Numbered from the stretch's first letter, positions 40,131-50,372 are shown. The stretch: 64,000 nucleotides of DNA from Candidatus Melainabacteria bacterium 17Bon1m (GCA_032128875.1 JAVLKG010000003.1:129008-193007); one strand, 5' to 3'. The notes: generated from the letters alone by a model not told the origin. Made by a program: numbers and translations.

Positions 40131-41743
40131 GCACGATTGAAGCACGAGAAGACAAGGCAGCTACCAAAAGAGCGGATCAGTGTTTGGCTGATGATTTGTT
40201 GTCCGCAGATAATTGCCGGCTGGAAGCCGGCGCTCTGTCCGCTGGCGCAAGTGGCGCTGCGGCCAATTCAGCAATCGATCGGGCGCGACCAAGGGTCAGA
40301 CCGGCCATGCACCCGGCTATTGCGCGTTTTCTCCAAAATGAAAAATTGGTCTTCTCTTTAGTTGATGGACTTGGATCACCGCTCAATGTGCTCTTTCCCA
40401 GGCATATCGAAGAGACGATTGGACGCTTCGAGCAGGTGTATAAAGATCGCCAAATGCAAGGCACGATTTACTACACATCGAAGCCAAACAAATCACTCGC
40501 ATTGAAAAAACAAGCTTCGACGACTGCCGTCGGATTGGATGTTTCTTCCGAAGGTGAGCTGAAGAGTGCGCTGGCTAGCGGCTTTCACCCGGAGCGAATC
40601 GAAGCGACTGGGCCAAAAAATATCGACTACCTTAGTCTTGCTATTCAGCAAAACGTTCTTATCAATGTGGATAATTTCACCGAGCTCAAGCAGATTGCGC
40701 AGATGAGCAGGTATTCTCCGCGCGGAAAGAAGGCGCGGGTCTTGGTGCGTCTTGATGGTTTTGAGCCCGGTCGCGTGAAGTTTACCGCTCAAGACAGCGC
40801 TTTCGGCACGCCGGTTAAGGATGCTCCAGCGATCATCGATTTCCTCCTTGAGCACAAGGACTGCATCGACTTCCATGGTTTCTCATTTCACTTCAATGCC
40901 GGTGATTACATACGGCGCCCACCAGCGATTGAAGAATGTTTGCAGCTCACTTTCCGCTGCCTGGAGTTAGGTTTAAACCCCCGCGCTATCGACATTGGCG
41001 GCGGCTATCGAATTCGCTACGCTGCCGATCAAGATGAGTGGAATACATATGTCGAAGAATTGAAAGCATCGGTTCTGGGCAATCGCGAATCGTTGACCTG
41101 GAATGATTCCGGTCTCGGATATCATCGCGAAGACGGCGTGTTGAAGGGCGCTCCCAACTTTATGGAGCACTACCATAAGAATGACGGGCACGAAGATTTT
41201 GCGTCTGTCATTGATACTCCGCTACCTGCGTTTGATGGATATTCCACGGCAAGAATTGTTTCCGACAATATGTTCGAGCTGCATATCGAGCCGGGTCGAG
41301 CGTTGTTGGATCAGTGCGGTATCACACTGGCGCACGTCAATTTCGATAAGACTTCTATTCTCGGTGAGCAGTTGTCCGTGCTCGATATGAATCGCACCAA
41401 CTTGAATTCAACGCAATTGAAATTAATGACCGATCCGATCGTCATTTATCGAAACACCGATAGAAAGCCAGCTGACAGAGGTGTTATGTATGTCGGAAAT
41501 TTGTGTTTGACGCACGACATGATTCAATATCACAAGACTTTCCCTGATGCGGTTCCGCAAACTGGGGATTTAGTCGCTTTTATAAACACCGCTGCATATC
41601 AAATGGATTTTGCCGAGACGCATGTTCTTGAGCAGTCGATTGCGAAGAAGGTTGCGGTCATTGAGAGTGAAGAAGGCGTATTCCGCTGGTTCCTCGATGA
41701 GCTGTACAACCCAATGGCTATTGCCGAGGGAGTCAAACCATGA
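40127..41743 (+). CDS. Fold-III PLP-dependent decarboxylase (DAP/Orn decarboxylase-like, Y4yA type)
   Basis: 'YYTSKPN' PLP Lys, 'DVSSEGE', 'DIGGG', 'EPGR', 'GNLC', 'AAYQ'. Confidence 0.88.
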   Translation: MSTIEAREDKAATKRADQCLADDLLSADNCRLEAGALSAGASGAAANSAIDRARPRVRPAMHPAIARFLQNEKLVFSLVDGLGSPLNVLFPRHIEETIGRFEQVYKDRQMQGTIYYTSKPNKSLALKKQASTTAVGLDVSSEGELKSALASGFHPERIEATGPKNIDYLSLAIQQNVLINVDNFTELKQIAQMSRYSPRGKKARVLVRLDGFEPGRVKFTAQDSAFGTPVKDAPAIIDFLLEHKDCIDFHGFSFHFNAGDYIRRPPAIEECLQLTFRCLELGLNPRAIDIGGGYRIRYAADQDEWNTYVEELKASVLGNRESLTWNDSGLGYHREDGVLKGAPNFMEHYHKNDGHEDFASVIDTPLPAFDGYSTARIVSDNMFELHIEPGRALLDQCGITLAHVNFDKTSILGEQLSVLDMNRTNLNSTQLKLMTDPIVIYRNTDRKPADRGVMYVGNLCLTHDMIQYHKTFPDAVPQTGDLVAFINTAAYQMDFAETHVLEQSIAKKVAVIESEEGVFRWFLDELYNPMAIAEGVKP

Positions 41744-43062
41744 AGTACGATCACATAACTGAATTGATTGGCAACACGCCGTTGCTGAAAATTCCGGCGC
41801 ATGTTCATGGTTTGAAGAACATCGATCTTTACGCGAAGTTGGAGATGATGAACCCTTTTGGTTCGGTCAAAGACCGCATCGCCTGGGGCATTATCAAGGA
41901 TGACATCGACGAGATTCAAGCCAAAGGCAAAACGATTTACGAAAATTCCAGCGGCAACACTGCAAAGGCATTGCAGGTAATCGCTAATATGCACGGCGTG
42001 AAGACGCGTTTGATCACGTATCTTGCCAAGGTTGATGGCGTAAAAGACATCGTTCGAATGCTTGGCGCGGACATCGAAGAGGTGCTTGGCGGCAGCGAAT
42101 GCTTCGATCCGAACGATCCAAATGATCCGCAATTTCTCATTGCCAAAATGGTCAAAGATGACCCGGAGAAAAACTATTTCCCGTCGCAATTCACTAATCC
42201 GAAAAATCCGGATGTGCATTACAAGACGACGGGCAAAGAAATCGTCGATGATTTGAAGGAGGTCGACTTCTTCTTTGGTGGTCTAGGAACCAGCGGTTCA
42301 ACACTTGGTGCTGCTCGCCGGATTCGCGATGAAGGAAATCCGGATCTCGTCTCTGTAGGCGTTTGTGCTAGCAAGAACGATTTCATTCCCGGCATTCGCA
42401 GCCTGGATCAGATGTGGGAATCCGGACTGTTCGTCAAAGAAAACTATAGCGACTTTGTGTATGTCGATTCTGGTGAGTCGGTTGACGCGATGATGGATTT
42501 GATCCGAGGCGCCGGTTTGCTTTGCGGGCCAACGAGCGGAGCCAGCTATCTGGGCGCTTTGCGCTACCTTCGGAAAATTGACGGACAACTGACCAAGAAG
42601 AAAAATGCAGTCTTTATCGCTTGCGATCGCGTCGAGTGGTATACCGACTACATTCGTGAGCGCCGTCCGCAATTGTTCGGACTGAAGATGAAGCCCGGCT
42701 CTCTGCGCGCCTTTGAGTTTGATCCCAGCGGTAGCAAAGAAAGATTCACCATTAAAGTGGACAAGGCTCAAACTTGGATCGATGACGAGAATCCCCTTAT
42801 CATCGATGTTCGTGGCAACCTTGCTTACAAAATGACGACTATTCCTAACGCGATCAACATTCCGTGGGAATTGTTTGAAACCATGATCGATGGTGCCGAT
42901 CCGTTTCCAAAAGATCGTCCGCTGTTGCTGGTATGTCCGGTCGGAGAGAAAACTGCGCGCTATGCTGCGTACCTGCAAACTCGCGGGTACCGGTCGTTTA
43001 GCCTTGACGGGGGCATACTCGAGTGGCGTAATGCAAGCTGCCGCTTGGTGAAAGTTTCGTAG
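41740..43062 (+). CDS. Cysteine-synthase-like PLP enzyme fused to C-terminal rhodanese
   Basis: 'IGNTPL', 'NPFGSVKDR', 'SSGNT', 'GLGTSGS'; rhodanese 'IDVR...IPNAINIP...VCPVG...LDGG'. Confidence 0.9.
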   Translation: MKYDHITELIGNTPLLKIPAHVHGLKNIDLYAKLEMMNPFGSVKDRIAWGIIKDDIDEIQAKGKTIYENSSGNTAKALQVIANMHGVKTRLITYLAKVDGVKDIVRMLGADIEEVLGGSECFDPNDPNDPQFLIAKMVKDDPEKNYFPSQFTNPKNPDVHYKTTGKEIVDDLKEVDFFFGGLGTSGSTLGAARRIRDEGNPDLVSVGVCASKNDFIPGIRSLDQMWESGLFVKENYSDFVYVDSGESVDAMMDLIRGAGLLCGPTSGASYLGALRYLRKIDGQLTKKKNAVFIACDRVEWYTDYIRERRPQLFGLKMKPGSLRAFEFDPSGSKERFTIKVDKAQTWIDDENPLIIDVRGNLAYKMTTIPNAINIPWELFETMIDGADPFPKDRPLLLVCPVGEKTARYAAYLQTRGYRSFSLDGGILEWRNASCRLVKVS

Positions 43063-43295
43063 CGAACTGAAACCAAATAGGCAAGCCGCCCGCGCTCTCA
43101 GTAATGCGATAACGTGTAGTAAACTGTTGTGGTACTTACTAAGGTTTTAATCGAAAGAAACACTTGACTGGGTTGTCAGAAGAAGATCTGAGATCATTTT
43201 TCAGTCAAGAGGAAGCCTAACCTAAAGACAAGCGTTTACAGTAAGTACTTTCGAGTAGATAGGAGACGGGGCGTCTCTCAAAGGGTGTATTTAGA

Positions 43296-44363
43296 ATGAA
43301 AAAGTTAGCCGTTACTATGCAAATGTCGCTCGGGCTGCTCGCCGGGACATTGATGTCACTTGCCACGCTCACCGGATGCGGACAGGCGACTGCTCCTCAG
43401 CAGGCGGTTTCCGCAGGTTGGGGCTACATAGACACCACTGGTAACGTGGCAATCCCACCGCAATTCGAGGCTGCGATGCCTTTCTCGCAAGATAGAGCGG
43501 GAGTACTCAAGGGCGGACGCTGGGGCTTTATTGACAAGAAAGGCACGTTCGTCATCCCCGCACAGTACAACACGGTCGAGTCCTTCTCTGAGGGGCGCGC
43601 AGCAGTACAGGTCGGGGACAAATGGGGCTTTATCGATTTGAACGGACGTATGGCGGTGCAACCAAATTGGGAAAACACCCAGCCATTCTCGGACGGCTGC
43701 GCACCTGTTCGCTACAACAAGCAATGGGGCTACGTCGGTAAAGAAGGCGAGACCATCATGCCTGCCAATGCCATGAATGTAAAGCCGATGACCGAAGGTC
43801 GCGGCGCCGTTCAGATGATGTATGACGCAAAGTGGAATCCGTGGGGCTTCGTCAACGACAAAGGTGAAGTCGTTATCAAGCAACAGTACGCCAGCGTTGT
43901 TCCGTTTAAAAACGGCGTTGCCGAAGTCAAAGATGAGAAGGGTAAGACTGGTCTGCTCGACCGCGACGGCGTCATCATCTACAAGGATGAAACCGAGTTG
44001 CCGTCACTCTTTCACGATGGTTTGGCAATTACGTCTAACAGAGGCAAGCAAGGATTTGCTGATTCTAAGGGCAACATCGTTATCCCGACCGAGTACGACC
44101 AGGTTGAGAATTTCACTGAAGGCATAGCAATGGTCCGCCAGGACCTGCGTTGGGGCTACGTCAACAACAAAGGCGAAATTGTCGCGAAGATGCAGTACGA
44201 CAAAGCAACGCCCTTCAAAGAAGGTTTGGCGGCTGTGAAGCTGGCCGGCGGGCGTTGGGGCTATCTCAATAGCAAAGGTAAGTTGGCGATTGAGCCGATC
44301 TACGACGAAGCCCAGCCTTTCTCTGAAGGGTTGGCAGCCGTAAAGCAAGAGCAAGCCAAGTAA
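43296..44363 (+). CDS. WG-repeat lipoprotein
   Basis: Lipobox-like LTGC; repeated 'WG(F/Y)I...G...I...Y....FSEG.A.V'. Confidence 0.9.
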   Translation: MKKLAVTMQMSLGLLAGTLMSLATLTGCGQATAPQQAVSAGWGYIDTTGNVAIPPQFEAAMPFSQDRAGVLKGGRWGFIDKKGTFVIPAQYNTVESFSEGRAAVQVGDKWGFIDLNGRMAVQPNWENTQPFSDGCAPVRYNKQWGYVGKEGETIMPANAMNVKPMTEGRGAVQMMYDAKWNPWGFVNDKGEVVIKQQYASVVPFKNGVAEVKDEKGKTGLLDRDGVIIYKDETELPSLFHDGLAITSNRGKQGFADSKGNIVIPTEYDQVENFTEGIAMVRQDLRWGYVNNKGEIVAKMQYDKATPFKEGLAAVKLAGGRWGYLNSKGKLAIEPIYDEAQPFSEGLAAVKQEQAK

Positions 44364-44404
44364 CACACTGATCTGGCTAATCCAGTTGTTCGCAAACAAC
44401 ATTT

Positions 44405-44436
44405 CAAGCCCGGCAATTTCGATTTTGCCGGGCTTG
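44405..44436. terminator. Hairpin downstream of the WG-repeat gene
   Basis: caagcccggcaa...ttgccgggcttg. Confidence 0.55.
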
Positions 44437-44539
44437 TCGCTTAAATACGGTCATCCTCGGGTTATCATATCCAGAAGATATGTGCGTCGCCTCTGGGGCT
44501 TGGCGGCGAGGGTGGTCGGTATTTTGGCAGGGGAGCTGA

Positions 44540-46000
44540 ATGCGAGACTTTGTCCTTTTGTACGTCAATGGCGTCGAACACCAGGTAAGCGGCGATGATG
44601 CGTTTTTGTCGCTGTCCGATTACTTGCGCTACTCACTGAATAAGTGCGGTACAAAAGTTGTTTGTGCAGAAGGGGATTGTGGCGCTTGCACAGTATTCCT
44701 GGGGCGTCTGAACGCGGCGAAGAATGGCATTGAGTACATCCCGGTCAACGCGTGCATCCAATACATGTATCAGTTGGATTGCACTCACATCGTCACAGTT
44801 GAAGGGCTAAAAGTCGACGGAGACCTCAACAGAATTCAGCAGTCGATGGTTGATTGTCACGGCGCACAGTGCGGTTATTGCACGCCCGGCTTTATCGTGG
44901 CTATGTGCTCGCTGTTCGAACAGTGCGATAAGAGCCAGAAGTCTTGCAATGTCACAAGGCAGGAAGTGAGTGATGCGCTCACAGGCAATCTCTGCCGTTG
45001 TACTGGATATGAGGCGATCATCAAAGCTGCGATGAGCGTCGATGAAAAAGAGTACAAACGTTTGGAGAATTTGTATCCCCCGCAGCCACTTCTGAGTGCG
45101 TTCAAAAAGCACCATGATGAGCCTGTCTTAGTGAAAGGCGAAGACGCAGAGTTTTTCAAGCCCACCGATGTTAAATCAGCGGTCGAGTATAAAAGCAAGC
45201 ATGCTGGTGTTGTCATCGTATCTGGTGGCACTGATGTGTGTGTCAATTTGAATAAGGGTCGCATCGAACCGAAGAACATAATGGTTCTCACCCATGTTGC
45301 TGGGCTGGATGACCTTGAGATAAACGGTAATACCGTCGTGGTTGGTGCGCGAGTTTCGCTGCGCAAACTGGAAGAGTTTTTCCAAAAGTCGCTGCCTGAG
45401 TTTCACCATATTTTGTGGGTCTTTGGTTCTCCCCAAATTCGATATGCCGGGACATTAGCCGGCAACATCGCTAACGGCTCTCCCATTGCTGATTCGCTGC
45501 CCTTCTTGTTTGTCTCCGGCGCGGAAGTTGAAGTGGCCGGGCTGAAAGGCGAGCGTCGTATCAAGGTCAATCAGCTCTATAGTGGTTACCGCAAAATGGT
45601 TTTGACTGACGACGAAGTCATCGTCAAGATTCACATCCCGATGCCGTCCAAATCAGCAAAGCTGAAGCTGTACAAAGTTTCAAAACGTGAGCATTTGGAT
45701 ATTTCCAGCTTCACTGCTGCAATTAGTTTGGAACGCAATGGCGACAAAATTTCCAATGCGCAAGTTGCATATGGTGGTGTTGCTGCGGTTGTTTTGAAAC
45801 TGGCGAAGACCGAAGAATTCCTCAACGGCAAGCCCTTCTCGCTGGAAACATTCCGCGAGGCCGGTGAAATTGCGATGAAAGAGATTACGCCGATTAGCGA
45901 TGTCCGCGGCTCGAAAGACTATCGGTTGCAGCTTGCAGCAAACATCATGGAAAAGTTTTACTTCGAAACCGCTGACGCGAAGGAGCTAGTATGTCCGTAG
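44540..46000 (+). CDS. xdhA: Xanthine dehydrogenase small subunit (2Fe-2S + FAD)
   Basis: 'GTKVVCAEGDCGAC', 'QCGYCTPG', 'GNLCRCTGY', 'SGGTD', 'GNIANGSPIAD'. Confidence 0.95.
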   Translation: MRDFVLLYVNGVEHQVSGDDAFLSLSDYLRYSLNKCGTKVVCAEGDCGACTVFLGRLNAAKNGIEYIPVNACIQYMYQLDCTHIVTVEGLKVDGDLNRIQQSMVDCHGAQCGYCTPGFIVAMCSLFEQCDKSQKSCNVTRQEVSDALTGNLCRCTGYEAIIKAAMSVDEKEYKRLENLYPPQPLLSAFKKHHDEPVLVKGEDAEFFKPTDVKSAVEYKSKHAGVVIVSGGTDVCVNLNKGRIEPKNIMVLTHVAGLDDLEINGNTVVVGARVSLRKLEEFFQKSLPEFHHILWVFGSPQIRYAGTLAGNIANGSPIADSLPFLFVSGAEVEVAGLKGERRIKVNQLYSGYRKMVLTDDEVIVKIHIPMPSKSAKLKLYKVSKREHLDISSFTAAISLERNGDKISNAQVAYGGVAAVVLKLAKTEEFLNGKPFSLETFREAGEIAMKEITPISDVRGSKDYRLQLAANIMEKFYFETADAKELVCP

Positions 46001-48348
46001 TCGGAAAAGACATGCCGCACGATTCAGCCGTTGGACACGTTAGCGGAGAGTCGATTTATATCGACGACATGCCGTCTGCGAAGAATGAATTGCTCGTTGA
46101 CTTCGTTGGCAGCCCGGTTGCATACGGGCACATCAGGTCGGTCGATTACAGCGAAGCGCTGAAAATCAAAGGCGTTGTCGCTTGCTACACATATAAAGAT
46201 CTGCCGGGCATCAATAAATTCGGTCCGATTATTCAAGACGAAGTCTTGCTCTGCGAAGACCATTCTTCTTTCATCGGAGAACCGATTGTTGTAATTGCCG
46301 CCGAGACCCGCAAAGCCTTGGCGAAGGCAAAGAAAGCCGTTAAGCTCGTTGTTGAAGAACTGGAGCCGGCTTTGAGCATTGATGCTGCGATAAAGAAGCA
46401 AGATTTTCTGGATAAAACATATCGAATCGCGCGCGGTGATGCCGAACGTGTTTTGAAAGAAGCCAAGCATAAGCTGGAAGGAACTTGCATCATCGGCGGT
46501 CAAGAGCACTTCTATCTTGAATCGCAAGCGGCGCTCGTAGTGCCGGGTGAGTACGATCAGTTGGTTGTTCATTCCTCCACGCAACACCCAAGTGAAATTC
46601 AACAGGTGCTGGCGAAAGTTTTGGGGCTGCAACAAAACCAAGTTGTCGTAGTTACCAAACGCATGGGCGGCGGCTTCGGCGGAAAAGAATCGCAAGCCAC
46701 GCACCCAGCTGGAATGGCGGCACTTGTGGCTTTGAAGACGAAGCGCCCAGCACGTATTATCTACACCAAAGATGACGACATGAAATTCACAGGCAAGCGT
46801 CATCCATTTCAAAACAACTTCCAAGTCGCCTTTGACGACAATGGTCGAATACTCGCGCTGAAAGCTCATCTCTATGCCGACGGCGGGGCTGCCGCTGATC
46901 TTTCGACGGCTGTGCTCGGGCGCGCCATCACTCACATCGACAATGCGTACTACATCGAAAACGCTGATGTCGTCGGGCAAATCTGCAAGACGAATTATCC
47001 TCCAACCACTGCTTTCCGCGGGTTTGGTGGACCACAAGGCGTGGCGACGATCGAAAGCATTGTTCAAGACATCGCTGCCTATCTGAAGAAAGATCCGCTC
47101 GACGTGCGCCTGGCGAATTTATATGGAATAACCGAGCGCAACACGACTCACTATGGTCAATTGTTGAAGCACAACACGCTGCCGCAGTTGTTTGACGAAA
47201 TAGTGGAGAGCTCTGACTACAGAAGTCGTCGCAAGCTCGTCGATAAGTTTAATTCCGAGTCGAGAACACATCTGAAGGGGCTCGCGCTCACGCCCGTTAA
47301 ATTCGGCATTTCGTTTACCAATACAATGCTCAACCAAGCCAATGCCCTGGTGAACATCTACCTCGACGGCACTATTCAGGTTTCTACCGGTGCAACCGAA
47401 ATGGGTCAGGGCGTTAACACAAACATCAAAATGCTGGTCGCGGACGAGTTTTCCATCGACCCGAAGAGCGTTATTGTGATGACGACTTCCACGGAGAAGA
47501 ACAACAATACGTCAGCGACAGCGGCATCATCAGCGACAGATTTGAATGGAAGCGCGGCGGTAAACGCCTGCCAGAAGATCAAAAAATCTATGGCGGAAGT
47601 TGCTGCGCGACACTTTGATCGTGTGGAAACCGGCATCGGCGCATTCCCTGACAGAATAGTTTTTGCCGACGGACACATCTATGACGAGCGCAGACCGCAC
47701 AACAAATTGAAGTGGCAAGAGCTTGTCGCCATGTCGTATCGCGAGCGCGTCAGCCTAGGCGAGCGTGGATACTACGCGACGCAAGGTATTGGCTTTGATT
47801 GGAGTAAAGGGCAAGGCTCGCCCTTTTTGTACTTTACGTGCGGTTGCTGTGTTGCCGAAGTCATCATCGATCGATTCACCGGTCAAATGAAAGTTGAACG
47901 CGTAGACATCCTGATGGATATCGGCAAGTCAATCAATCCCGGCATCAATCGTGGACAGGTGGTTGGCGGATTTGTTCAAGGAATGGGTTGGGTAACCAAC
48001 GAAGAGCTGAAGTATTCGGATAAAGGTGCGCTGCTTTCCTACTCGCCTACGACGTACAAGATTCCGAACATCCAAGACGTTCCGGCAGATTTGCATTGCA
48101 ATTTCATCGACAATCCAAACAACACGGTCAATGTGCGTGGCAGCAAAGCCGTTGGTGAACCGCCGCTGCTCTTGGGTCTTGCCGTATGGGCTGCGGTGAA
48201 AGATGCACTTGCCTATGCCGCAAAAGGACAAGTTCCGAAATTGAATTTGCCTGCAACTGGCGAAGAAATTTTGATGCGTTTAACTGAACTCAAAAAGACA
48301 ACGCTGTCCGTGAAGAGCAAAGGCAAAGAGCCCGCGAAGATCAGCTAG
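45991..48348 (+). CDS. xdhB: Xanthine dehydrogenase molybdopterin-binding subunit
   Basis: 'QEHFYLE', 'RMGGGFGGKES', 'AFRGFGGPQG', 'SKAVGEPP'. Confidence 0.96.
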   Translation: MSVVGKDMPHDSAVGHVSGESIYIDDMPSAKNELLVDFVGSPVAYGHIRSVDYSEALKIKGVVACYTYKDLPGINKFGPIIQDEVLLCEDHSSFIGEPIVVIAAETRKALAKAKKAVKLVVEELEPALSIDAAIKKQDFLDKTYRIARGDAERVLKEAKHKLEGTCIIGGQEHFYLESQAALVVPGEYDQLVVHSSTQHPSEIQQVLAKVLGLQQNQVVVVTKRMGGGFGGKESQATHPAGMAALVALKTKRPARIIYTKDDDMKFTGKRHPFQNNFQVAFDDNGRILALKAHLYADGGAAADLSTAVLGRAITHIDNAYYIENADVVGQICKTNYPPTTAFRGFGGPQGVATIESIVQDIAAYLKKDPLDVRLANLYGITERNTTHYGQLLKHNTLPQLFDEIVESSDYRSRRKLVDKFNSESRTHLKGLALTPVKFGISFTNTMLNQANALVNIYLDGTIQVSTGATEMGQGVNTNIKMLVADEFSIDPKSVIVMTTSTEKNNNTSATAASSATDLNGSAAVNACQKIKKSMAEVAARHFDRVETGIGAFPDRIVFADGHIYDERRPHNKLKWQELVAMSYRERVSLGERGYYATQGIGFDWSKGQGSPFLYFTCGCCVAEVIIDRFTGQMKVERVDILMDIGKSINPGINRGQVVGGFVQGMGWVTNEELKYSDKGALLSYSPTTYKIPNIQDVPADLHCNFIDNPNNTVNVRGSKAVGEPPLLLGLAVWAAVKDALAYAAKGQVPKLNLPATGEEILMRLTELKKTTLSVKSKGKEPAKIS

Positions 48349-48353
48349 TGCCC

Positions 48354-48376
48354 GGAGCGCCGGCTTCCAGCCTGCA
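48354..48376 (+). repeat. REP-like palindrome
   Basis: ggagcgccggcttccagcctgca; 21/22 identical to the reverse complement of 40214-40235. Confidence 0.65.
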
Positions 48377-48401
48377 TCGGAAATTGTTTTTGTGATAGTT
48401 T

Positions 48402-49466
48402 CTATCTAAGGGCATGTTTCTCGAAAAAGTTCCAAATTGCGACGTTGCCATTGAAGTCGCGACATACCGGTCCAATGATTGTTTTTGGAAGATACTGCTG
48501 ACCATCGGGCCACGTATGCCCGCCGCCTTTGATTTCATAGAGTACTACTTCGTTGAGGCTGTCCGGCGCTCCGTATTGCTCAACGAAGACGCGCGAATTA
48601 TCGCTCGGGTCTGTGTCTGGTAATTCAGAGCAATTTGGTCGAGCGTTGTTTTTATTTTTTGCCAGCCAGAATTCGAGCGCTTGCCTTCCAGGAATCACTT
48701 CGCCTCTGCCTTTGCGTAAGACCTTGCCGCCGACTTTGCCGCCTTCCCACGGAACAAGTGTATCGTTGGTGCCCAACAGCATCATGATGGGCACTGGTGC
48801 AACATTGAGATCAAGGAATGTTTTAGAAACTGACGCCGCCACACTTGCGACTGCTGCAATTTTGCCCGGTAGTTTGATCGCTAGATATTGGCTGAAGAAG
48901 CCACCGTTTGATATGCCTGTTGCGTAAACGCGCTTTGGATCGATGAGTTTTTGTGCGTTCAGATCATCAATGAGTTTTGAAATGAAACCGACGTCATCGT
49001 AGCTTGTCTTCGACAAATCAGGTCGTCCGTCGTTCCAATGTTTGTCGATGGCATCTGGATAGACGACGATAAAACCCTTCTCGTCAGCCAGCTTCGCGAG
49101 CCCGCCTGCGCACCTGTCGGTACCTTCAGCATTGCCTCCGCCGCCGTGGAACGCTAACACAAGCGGCGCAGGCAACGATGCTGTATCAGGTTGGTAAATG
49201 TAGTAACGTCGTTTGACGCCGTCGATTGTCAATTCCCGAAGCATTGGTTTTCCAGCGCCTGACCAACCCCTTTCGATGTTCGGGCGCCGCATCATTGCGA
49301 AATTGCGAGCGTTGCCGTTCTGCGCCTGCCCCTGGCGAAACCCTAGTCCGCGCCCGAAGCGAGCTCCATAAGGGCTTTCTTGAGCTTGTACGAAGGGCGC
49401 CAGGGCAAGGCAAGCAAACACGGCTGGAGTCACTGACAATAACGCTCGCCTTGCCCATATACTCAT
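48402..49466 (-). CDS. Secreted LpqC/PHB-depolymerase-family esterase
   Basis: 'LAFHGGGG', 'DDVGFI', 'GISNGG' nucleophile, 'GGGHTWP'. Confidence 0.88.
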   Translation of the reverse strand: MSIWARRALLSVTPAVFACLALAPFVQAQESPYGARFGRGLGFRQGQAQNGNARNFAMMRRPNIERGWSGAGKPMLRELTIDGVKRRYYIYQPDTASLPAPLVLAFHGGGGNAEGTDRCAGGLAKLADEKGFIVVYPDAIDKHWNDGRPDLSKTSYDDVGFISKLIDDLNAQKLIDPKRVYATGISNGGFFSQYLAIKLPGKIAAVASVAASVSKTFLDLNVAPVPIMMLLGTNDTLVPWEGGKVGGKVLRKGRGEVIPGRQALEFWLAKNKNNARPNCSELPDTDPSDNSRVFVEQYGAPDSLNEVVLYEIKGGGHTWPDGQQYLPKTIIGPVCRDFNGNVAIWNFFEKHALR

Positions 49467-49634
49467 TTGGTCATCAACCTCGAGTCCGCCCTCGTACAGA
49501 GTCCAATACCCGCCGTGCATGGAAAAGTTTCGCTTAGTTCTTTGATGGGGTAAAAATGGAACTGTGAGGTTAATGTAGGGATTGCTGAATCTCTTCTTTG
49601 CCGCCGCACGGAGCAGCTCAGCCAGGATTTACTG

Positions 49635-50351
49635 ATGTTTAGACAACCGCCCAATTTGCCTACCATCGAAGATTGGCTCGCGCTCAAGGATTGGTCACGG
49701 ACTCCGTACTGGACTGAAGGAACCCACAATGAGTATTTCTGGGTTCGATGTGAAGGTGCCAGCTTTGGAGATGCGCTTTCTACAACTCTATTTATGCCGA
49801 GCGAGTTTCGAGTACAGGTTATTTATTGGGGGTCTGACGGTGGTGCACCTGATTTTTACAGATGTGAACCAGGTTGGAAAATCATTGGAGACTACGCTTT
49901 GGGTCCACCTTTAAGGCATCTGCCTGAGATGCAGTTTGGTACACCTAGTGCCGCGATGTTGATCCCTGGCACTGTAACTGAGTCTGAGCTCGAAGAATTT
50001 CTGGATGGTTTTGAACTGGCTCAGCTTTATTTTGAGGAAACAGAAGAATTTTGGACAATAGTTGATCATTTAAAGCCGATCGCATTCTTTTCGGACCGAG
50101 AGGAAGGAATTTTTCTTGCACAAGGGCGAGAGCTCTACGAGTTAGGCTTTAACGAAAGTGTGATCGCAGAGATTACCAATCGCTTTCGTACAAGCGAGCA
50201 AAGGCAGCGAGAGTCCATTTGGAACACTCTTGGTCCAGAGTCTGGCCCTGAGAAGTGCATCGAACCTGGTTGTGAGCATCTAAGAATTCAACTAGCTGTG
50301 AGGTGTTTACTACACCAACTCAATGGTTGTTGGAAGACACAAGAGTATTAA
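49635..50351 (+). CDS. Hypothetical protein with C-terminal Cys/His cluster
   Basis: 238-aa ORF; C-terminal 'CIEPGC...RCLLH'. Confidence 0.65.
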   Translation: MFRQPPNLPTIEDWLALKDWSRTPYWTEGTHNEYFWVRCEGASFGDALSTTLFMPSEFRVQVIYWGSDGGAPDFYRCEPGWKIIGDYALGPPLRHLPEMQFGTPSAAMLIPGTVTESELEEFLDGFELAQLYFEETEEFWTIVDHLKPIAFFSDREEGIFLAQGRELYELGFNESVIAEITNRFRTSEQRQRESIWNTLGPESGPEKCIEPGCEHLRIQLAVRCLLHQLNGCWKTQEY

Positions 50352-50372
50352 AACGACCACAAGAATAAAACC

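Noticed and set aside
40127-43062. Staphyloferrin-B-type siderophore cluster
   Set aside because: No IucA/IucC synthetase, SbnB, exporter or receptor in the window
46024-47067. 347-aa antisense ORF
   Set aside because: Shadow of xdhB
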